Of a stretch of 24,000 bases of DNA, positions 8,031 to 14,706 are shown in pieces. The translations under genes and the position numbers were made by a program. Position 1 is the first letter of the stretch, and each line of letters starts with the position of its first letter. The DNA is from Spirochaetia bacterium. Its GTDB lineage: Bacteria > Spirochaetota > Spirochaetia > CADAEX01. The notes beneath the pieces were generated by a model that was given only the letters and a program-made list of their open reading frames with translations, had not been told where the DNA came from and made no database searches. The DNA lies in the NCBI GenBank assembly GCA_017649605.1, contig JAGCGL010000062.1, forward strand, positions 1 to 24,000, written 5' to 3'.

Positions 8031-9170
8031 ATGACTGACTATGAAATTGAGATGGAGCTGGACAGGGCAGTGCAAGATTGCCAGAAGCAAGGGTATCCTT
8101 CTGTAAATCTTTCTACCTGGAATTCAGGCTCTGAATATAAAGAACAGCTTAAAAACATCCTCAAACTTGACAACGGAATTGATATTTTTGACTATCAATA
8201 TTACTTCCAGGAGGATGCCAGGAAGAAATTGGCCTATAAACTGGGTTTCTCTGCCGAAGATTGCAAAAAAGAATTCTTTCATGCTCTTACACAAAGCACC
8301 CTTTCTATCGCGACTATTGCAGTTCTTCTTTCAAGAATGGAAACAAAGCTTGGGATAATCTCTCCCTACTATTTTTCTGTTCCAGACTGCTGTGATGACT
8401 TAAAGCTGCCATACACGATTTTTGCCGATTTTATGGAAGATATAAATGAATCTTTTGACGTAGATTTACTCCTGAAATCCGACTGTACTGCCTTTTGGTT
8501 CACTTCTCCGCTCAACTCCTGCAGCATCTATTTCGGCCAGCGGGTAACAGAAAGTATTCAAAAACTGCTGGATGCCGGGAAGCTGGTAATTTTAGACGAA
8601 TCCCTGTGCATAAACGGCAGGGAACTTTCCCGTACATTCGGCATACAGGAAAATCTTATTTATATCTACAGCCCCCATAAAGCACTTGGTATCCAGGGCA
8701 TAAAGTTCTCGGTCCTGGTAGCACACAAAAAATTCTATGATGATATTGACAGCCTGGGCGACAGTTATGGTGGCTCACTCAACTACTCATGCCAGCAGGG
8801 GTATTTTCATTTTATCTCGCCTAATTTTGATGAATGTATGACTGTGTACAACAAGTTCTGGCAGAAAAATCTTTCTGCTGCCAGACAGGTTCTGGCTTCT
8901 TACAGTTTTGCCTCTCTGTCAGCGGAGACTTATGGCCATTACGCTATGATTTTCATCGACAGCACACTTGATGACAGATGCTTTGTCGACGCCATGAAGC
9001 AGCTGATGAGGGAAAAAGGCTATTTTGTCTATCCCGGCGTTATGCAATGCTTTGACCCAAAACATCACTTCTGTTTCCGAATAAATCTGCTTTTAAACCG
9101 GACTGATCTAGAGCATGGGCTTAAAGCTGTCCTGGATTTTTTCAAAGATAACATAGGAGCAGACAGATGA
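8031..9170 (+). CDS. divergent fold-type I PLP-dependent enzyme (aminotransferase class I/II-like)
   Basis: 'IYIYSPHKALGIQGIKFSVLV' resembles the S-x-x-K PLP-lysine strand followed by G-x-(R/K)-x-(G/S). 'LVILDESLC' is an Asp strand. 'WFTSPLNSCSIYF' sits where NPxNPTG normally is. The C-terminus has 'FCFRINL'. This is a family-level call only. No SD precedes the ATG; the upstream 39 nt are almost pure A/T. Confidence 0.55.
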   Translation: MTDYEIEMELDRAVQDCQKQGYPSVNLSTWNSGSEYKEQLKNILKLDNGIDIFDYQYYFQEDARKKLAYKLGFSAEDCKKEFFHALTQSTLSIATIAVLLSRMETKLGIISPYYFSVPDCCDDLKLPYTIFADFMEDINESFDVDLLLKSDCTAFWFTSPLNSCSIYFGQRVTESIQKLLDAGKLVILDESLCINGRELSRTFGIQENLIYIYSPHKALGIQGIKFSVLVAHKKFYDDIDSLGDSYGGSLNYSCQQGYFHFISPNFDECMTVYNKFWQKNLSAARQVLASYSFASLSAETYGHYAMIFIDSTLDDRCFVDAMKQLMREKGYFVYPGVMQCFDPKHHFCFRINLLLNRTDLEHGLKAVLDFFKDNIGADR

Positions 9171-12118
9171 TTCCATTTCTACAACGATTATCAGAAGTTT
9201 CAGTAAAATATCCAAGCCGTCCGGCAGCCGTTGACCGTGATGGCGAGCGCTCAACAACCTATTCCCAGCTAAATGATTATTCAAGCCGGGTCGCTTCCTA
9301 CTTGCGGGCACTGGGCTTAAAAAAAGAAGACCTGATTGCCATAAAACTGGAAAAGTCCATGGAATATGTGGCGGTGCAACTGGGCGTGATGAAATGCGGC
9401 TGTGCCTTTGTACCGATTTCCGATGCAATGGGCCAGGAGCGTATAGAGCATGTGCTTGCCGACTCTGGCGCCAAATTTGTTTTTGATGCTGCACACTGGG
9501 ATAAGGCCATGGACTGCCACCCCCTGCCGGAAGCAGACTGGGCAGAAAGCGATGAGCACGACCTTGCGTTTATTATCTATACATCGGGAAGCACAGGGAT
9601 GCCCAAAGGCGTTGTGGAAGAATACGGAGCTTACCGCTTTATGGCAAAGGGCACTGCCGAGGAAGTGCTGGAGCCTTATACCATGCAGGATGACGCAATC
9701 CGCTTTGCAAATGTGGCACCGGTAACATTCTCTGCATTTACCATTATCAATGTGTGCATGGTCTGCGAAGCTTGGACTAACTATATGGTCTCGGGCGAGG
9801 TTGTCAGAAATCCGCTGCTTTATATGCAGTTCCTTAAAGAACACAGAATAGATGCAATGTTCCTGACTGCATCGCTGGTAAAGCCCCTTTCTGACAACGA
9901 GAGCCTTTCGCCAAAAGTTATATATCTTTCTTCCGAGCGGGTAAGCGATGTATACAGCTCAAGATTTGCAGTTTTGAACATCTACTGCAACTCGGAGCTT
10001 ATGTCCACCGCCTGCAATTTTGTTATCGATAAACCCTACTCAAACACGCCCATCGGTGCACACTGTTCCTATACAGACATGGTGCTTCTTGATAACGACT
10101 CCGTTTCTGAGAAAGAAGGGGAAATCTGCCTCCATCTTCCATTTTTCCGCGGCTACCTTAACCAGAAAGAAGAGAATGAGAAAGCTTTTGTTGTAATCGA
10201 TGGAAAAAAATTCTTCCGCACCAGAGACTTTGCCCGCCGGGGAGAAGACGGACTTCTGTATGTCCTGGGCCGGGCAGACGACATGGTTAAAATAAACGGA
10301 AACCGTGTAGAGCCGGCCGAAGTGGAGACAGCCCTTAAAAAAGTGCTGGAAACTAAGGTTGTGGCAGTAAAGGCATTTGAGAACAATGGCAAGTATTATC
10401 TCTGCGCCTATTATCAGAAAGAAGATACTGTTCCCGTAGAAGAAATCCGTGCTTCCCTAAAAACACTGCTTCCTGACTATATGATTCCATCCTATTATGT
10501 CCGCTTTGAGAAAATGCCCCTCAACACAAACGGGAAAATTGACAAAAAATCACTGGCACCACCAGCTTTTGAAGAGAATCATGCCGAATATGTGCCGCCG
10601 GAAACCGAGACACAGAAAATCCTCTGCTCTGCGGCCGAGGGGATTCTGGGAGATCTTTACAATGTGGGGAAAATAGGAATTGATGATGACCTGATACTGC
10701 TGGGCGGTGACAGTATATGCGCCATGAATCTGATAGCAGAATGCAAGACCCTTCCGTTGTCCGTTCCGCTGATTATTGGGAAGCGTACTGTGCGTGCCAT
10801 TGCAGAGGCGGTAGAGGCTCTAAAGGCCCAGAATTCCCATCCCGGACAGAAGATACATCTTACAAAAGCACCACTTAATGACATACAGCTGATTATGCTC
10901 CAGGACGATATCGCCTTCCCTGTAACAACAATGTTCAATCTGACGTATATAATCACTCTGCAGGACAATGTGGATTTAGGCCAGTTCGCCAAAGCTGTAA
11001 GAAAAGCTGTCTCTGCTCATCCTGCTCTTTTAAGCGTCATAGAGAAAGAGGGCAACATATACTATCTGCGTTACGAGCCCAGCTTTGACAAGGAAACTCC
11101 TGTGGAGACTATGAGCAATGACGAGCTAGCCGAGACCTTAAAACACTTTATAAGGCCCTTCCTGCTTGATGGAAGCCCCCTTTTCCGCACCCGGATTATC
11201 AGAACACCGGGGCAGAACGTTTTCCTTTTTGATGCATATCATGTCATTGCCGACGGAAATTCCATGGAAATTCTTATGGACGATATTGCCCGCAGTCTTC
11301 GTGGCGATTCCATTGGTAAAGACAAAATATTCCAGGAATTGCAGAAAGAGGCAGACTTTAAGAGCACCGGAACCTATTCCCAGGACAATGCATATTTCAA
11401 GGACCGATACGACAAGGACGGCTGGCATACACGACCACAGCCCGACTATGACACAGATAAGAATATCCTTGACACCATTACAGGCGATTTCCAGTTCTCC
11501 AAAGAGCGTGTTGCCGACCTATGCCGGAACTATGGGCTGGGGAAAAATGAATTCTATGCTGCGGCGGCTGCCCTTGCCATATCTATGTATAACAAGGTCC
11601 AGAATGTAATGCTGTCCTGGGTATGGAACGGCCGGGAAGCAGCCGCGGAACAGCGTTCTGTCGGGGTCTTCTACAAGGACTATCCTATTGCCTTTACTAT
11701 TGGAGATAAGACCAAGCTGAAGGATCTGCTTATGCAGGCAAAGGAGCAGGCGCTGGAGGGCATTGCCCATGGAAGCCTTTCCTATTTCGACAGACCAGGT
11801 CTTTACCAGGGGCATGATGTGTTCTGTCTTCTGTATCAGGGCGATATGTACAACTGCGACAAATACACCAGTTTTATGAAAAAGGCTGCCGAGTCCTTGG
11901 AGACAGATGAGTTCCCATGCGCCTGCGGCAATTCGCCGGAGCTTGAGATACTTGACAGCAGAACGGAATTCGGTTTTATCCTTGATTATAACGCAGCAGA
12001 GTACAAGAGTGAAAGCATGGAAAAGTTCCTGGGTCTCTTCACCAATTCCTGTGAAATGCTTTTAAAAGTAGAGGAAAATCCTGATATTGCAGTCGGAGAT
12101 ATAAAAAACTATGAGTAG
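9167..12118 (+). CDS. single-module non-ribosomal peptide synthetase, A-T-C
   Basis: 983 aa. A domain: A3 'YTSGSTGMPKG' (nt 9578-9610), A5-like 'NIYCNSE', A6 'GEICLHLPFFRGY', A7/A8 'FRTRDFARRGEDGLLYVLGRADDMVKINGNRVEPAEVE', A10 'NGKIDKKSL'. T domain: 'LLGGDSICAMNL' (Ser516, nt 10712-10714). C domain: C1 'APLNDIQLIML', C3 'AYHVIADGNSM' (His692, nt 11240-11242). There is no TE or R domain. SD AGGAG lies at 9155-9159, and an ATGA overlap links it to the upstream gene. Confidence 0.9.
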   Translation: MIPFLQRLSEVSVKYPSRPAAVDRDGERSTTYSQLNDYSSRVASYLRALGLKKEDLIAIKLEKSMEYVAVQLGVMKCGCAFVPISDAMGQERIEHVLADSGAKFVFDAAHWDKAMDCHPLPEADWAESDEHDLAFIIYTSGSTGMPKGVVEEYGAYRFMAKGTAEEVLEPYTMQDDAIRFANVAPVTFSAFTIINVCMVCEAWTNYMVSGEVVRNPLLYMQFLKEHRIDAMFLTASLVKPLSDNESLSPKVIYLSSERVSDVYSSRFAVLNIYCNSELMSTACNFVIDKPYSNTPIGAHCSYTDMVLLDNDSVSEKEGEICLHLPFFRGYLNQKEENEKAFVVIDGKKFFRTRDFARRGEDGLLYVLGRADDMVKINGNRVEPAEVETALKKVLETKVVAVKAFENNGKYYLCAYYQKEDTVPVEEIRASLKTLLPDYMIPSYYVRFEKMPLNTNGKIDKKSLAPPAFEENHAEYVPPETETQKILCSAAEGILGDLYNVGKIGIDDDLILLGGDSICAMNLIAECKTLPLSVPLIIGKRTVRAIAEAVEALKAQNSHPGQKIHLTKAPLNDIQLIMLQDDIAFPVTTMFNLTYIITLQDNVDLGQFAKAVRKAVSAHPALLSVIEKEGNIYYLRYEPSFDKETPVETMSNDELAETLKHFIRPFLLDGSPLFRTRIIRTPGQNVFLFDAYHVIADGNSMEILMDDIARSLRGDSIGKDKIFQELQKEADFKSTGTYSQDNAYFKDRYDKDGWHTRPQPDYDTDKNILDTITGDFQFSKERVADLCRNYGLGKNEFYAAAAALAISMYNKVQNVMLSWVWNGREAAAEQRSVGVFYKDYPIAFTIGDKTKLKDLLMQAKEQALEGIAHGSLSYFDRPGLYQGHDVFCLLYQGDMYNCDKYTSFMKKAAESLETDEFPCACGNSPELEILDSRTEFGFILDYNAAEYKSESMEKFLGLFTNSCEMLLKVEENPDIAVGDIKNYE

Positions 12119-13832
12119 TCAGTCAACATTCTTAAAAAGAAAATTTTTCTCGTTGCTGATACCTGGAACAATAAGCATGGTTGTAGTAACGCTGCTCCTG
12201 CTTTCGGATTCTGTGATTGCCGGCCTTATGCTGGGCCAAGATGCAGTTGCAGCCATAAGCCTTGTTACCCCGGCTTATAGCTTGGCTGCTTTTTTTGCCG
12301 GTATGATCGCAAGCGGCGTTCCCATTCTCTACTCAAAAGCTATGGGAGAGTTCAACAAAAAAGCAGCAGACCGCTATTTTGCGCTGGGATTTACATCAGC
12401 TATTGCCATAGGAATCATCCTGACCCTCGCCGCTTCTGTATTCGGAGACACCTACCTGCGTTCCTATAAAGCTTCCGAAGCAGTATTCAATCAAGCACAC
12501 GACTACTTTTTCTGGTATAAGCTAACCATTCTGCTCAGCGCGCTGAACATGCTTATCTCCGAGATGATACTGACCGACGGCGACGAGGCCCTGAGCCTTG
12601 TCTCAAGTTTAGTGCAGGTTGTGGGAAACATTGTACTTTCTGTTATCCTTGCCCACTTCTTCGGCATATCGGGAATTGCTTTCGCCTCTTTTGCAGGAAC
12701 TGCTGCTGCTCTTATTATTGCATCTGTCCATTTCCTCAGAAAGGCCAACTCCCTCAAAATAGGTTTTTTCTTTTCTTTCAAAGAGCTTCTTCCTGTAGTA
12801 AAATACAGCATAATCGATGCAGGCTCCTATCTTTTTCTTGCCTGCTTTACTGTTGGAATAGAGCATTTTATCATAGTAACCTATGGCCAAGAGATGCTGA
12901 TCCTGGCCTCTGTATTCCTGCTTGTAAAAGAGTTCCAGATGGTGTTTGACGGCATTGGAGAAGCTGTTACCCCGATTATGAATATTTATGTAGGAGAAGA
13001 ATCCTGTCCGGCAATCCGGAAATGCTACCGGCTTGCAAAAAAGGCAGCAATCATCGAAGGGTTTATTGTAACACTGGTTATATTAGCATTCTCGCCCTTC
13101 ATTGTAAAAATATATGGCATCGCAGACCCGGATATTGTAGGATTTGCCGACAAAGGGGCAAAAATTATTGCCCTGGGGCTTGTTCATATAAGTCTTTTGT
13201 ATTTGCTTACATCATACTACATTATAATCGACCGGATTCTGCTGGGCTTTGTCATCAGCGGCCTTCGGGATATGATTGTGGCTCTGCCTCTGTGTATGCT
13301 GTTTGGAAAGCTTTTCGGCATATACGGAATGTTTGCAGGCGGTGCCCTGGCTCCTATTGCAGCCTATTATCTTTCACTTCTTTTCGTGCGCATAAAATAC
13401 GGCAGAGAAAATACACCTCTTCTCCTTGCAGATCGGGAAAAATCTTTAAAAGCTGCTTTCTACGAGTTTACCATCACCCCAGAAGCAACTATCGCAGTTC
13501 AGAAGAACATAGGAGACTTCCTGCGGGCAAATAATGTGGACAGAAAGCTGATTGCAAAAACAGAGCTGCTTATCGAGGAGCTCTATATGCTGGTGTACGA
13601 GCGGAACAATAAAAAGCCTACAGTCTGTGCAGAATGTACAGCCCTTATCAGGGACGACGGCATTCAGATCATCGAAAAAGACGATGGCCTTTTGTTCAAC
13701 CTGACAGATGAGGATTCTCTGCCAAGCTCGCTGGGAGCTTTCGTGGTTGCAAGCTATATGGAAAAAATGCATGGAAACAAGATGTACCTTACCACAATGA
13801 GCTACAACCGCAATACTTTCAAGGTAAAATAA
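12111..13832 (+). CDS. MATE-family transporter fused to a C-terminal SpoIIAB/RsbW-like (GHKL, HATPase_c_2-like) domain
   Basis: 573 aa. Residues ~10-440 are polytopic, with a MATE-type N-terminus ('LLIPGTISMVVVTLLLLSDSVIAGLMLGQDAVAAISLVTP...GVPILYSKAMG'). Residues ~447-573 (nt ~13449-13829) are soluble and collinear by eye with anti-sigma kinases: 'ELLIEELYMLVYE', 'IQIIEKDDGLLFN', 'SLGAFVVASYMEKM'. The gene overlaps the NRPS stop by 8 nt. Confidence 0.8.
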   Translation: MSSQSTFLKRKFFSLLIPGTISMVVVTLLLLSDSVIAGLMLGQDAVAAISLVTPAYSLAAFFAGMIASGVPILYSKAMGEFNKKAADRYFALGFTSAIAIGIILTLAASVFGDTYLRSYKASEAVFNQAHDYFFWYKLTILLSALNMLISEMILTDGDEALSLVSSLVQVVGNIVLSVILAHFFGISGIAFASFAGTAAALIIASVHFLRKANSLKIGFFFSFKELLPVVKYSIIDAGSYLFLACFTVGIEHFIIVTYGQEMLILASVFLLVKEFQMVFDGIGEAVTPIMNIYVGEESCPAIRKCYRLAKKAAIIEGFIVTLVILAFSPFIVKIYGIADPDIVGFADKGAKIIALGLVHISLLYLLTSYYIIIDRILLGFVISGLRDMIVALPLCMLFGKLFGIYGMFAGGALAPIAAYYLSLLFVRIKYGRENTPLLLADREKSLKAAFYEFTITPEATIAVQKNIGDFLRANNVDRKLIAKTELLIEELYMLVYERNNKKPTVCAECTALIRDDGIQIIEKDDGLLFNLTDEDSLPSSLGAFVVASYMEKMHGNKMYLTTMSYNRNTFKVK

Positions 13833-13839
13833 TTTTTAC

Positions 13840-14706
13840 TTAATACACATCAAAGCTGCCCAGGTAGCGGAACTCAAAGCCACTTTTTCCAGTCAGCTTC
13901 TGATAGCTTTTATAAGAGCCGGCACATTCAATAAGGTAATAGTATTCGCCAAGCTCTGTCTTTCTTGGTCTGTCATGGATTGCGACCAGAGTCATTTTCT
14001 TCTTTTTCATCTCTGACATCAGCGACGGGAGATTGTCTGCTTTGCCAGTAGCTATGAAGGCAAGCCTCTGTGCTGGTTCTTCTGCTGGTGTATTAAGGGA
14101 AAGCACATAAAAGCGGGTCTTGTTCTTATTGCTGCTCTGGATACCGGGGGCAAGAATCTCAAGCCCGTACACATCAGCACAGGCTGCAGAGGAAATAGCC
14201 GCATAAGCTGGATCCTTCTTTTCTGAGACCAGCCGAGCCCCTTCTGCAGTGCTTGATACCTCGGTCACTTTTGCACCAGGAATGTTCTTTGTTAGCCATT
14301 CCCTCCCCTGGATGATGCCCTGCTTATGGGAGAAAACTTCTTTAATGTCACTAAGCTTTGTACCGGGAAGAGCCAGGAGGTTCTGGCTTATCAGGAGCTC
14401 AACCTCGCCGCAGACAGAGACCTCCTTGTTAGATATCAGAACATCGACATAATCAAGGACAGCGCCGCCTATTGTATTCTCCTGGGGAATCACCGCATAA
14501 TCGCATCTCCCCTCAACCAGAGCCTGAACTGCCTTGCTTACACTTTCAAATGGAATGAATGTTCCCTGCTTATCGAAGAAAACCTGGCTGGCTTCCTGGG
14601 AATAGGTGCCCTGCGGACCAAGATAACTTACCACCGGCTCTGCCTGGGCAGAGACAAATAAAGCCAGGCAGAGAACCAGCAGTATTAAAAGCTTTTTACT
14701 TCTCAT
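13840..14706 (-). CDS. pheA: prephenate dehydratase (PDT + ACT domains) with N-terminal signal peptide
   Basis: Signal peptide MRSKKLLILLVLCLALFVSAQA|EP. PDT domain: 'VSYLGPQGTYSQEA', 'DYAVIPQENTIGGAV', 'VFSHKQGIIQGREWL', 'AAISSAACADVYGLEIL', 'NKTRFYVLS'. ACT domain: 'LVAIHDRPRKTELGEYYYLIEC...FRYLGSF'. The start overlaps the upstream gene's stop by 11 nt. Confidence 0.85.
   Translation of the reverse strand: MRSKKLLILLVLCLALFVSAQAEPVVSYLGPQGTYSQEASQVFFDKQGTFIPFESVSKAVQALVEGRCDYAVIPQENTIGGAVLDYVDVLISNKEVSVCGEVELLISQNLLALPGTKLSDIKEVFSHKQGIIQGREWLTKNIPGAKVTEVSSTAEGARLVSEKKDPAYAAISSAACADVYGLEILAPGIQSSNKNKTRFYVLSLNTPAEEPAQRLAFIATGKADNLPSLMSEMKKKKMTLVAIHDRPRKTELGEYYYLIECAGSYKSYQKLTGKSGFEFRYLGSFDVY

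Noticed and set aside
13822-13841. A hairpin, AGGTAAAA-taat-TTTTACTT, spanning both convergent stop codons; a possible bidirectional terminator.
   Set aside because: The stem is almost entirely A-T (one G-C and one G-U pair), and no U-tract follows on either strand. It is too weak to call.
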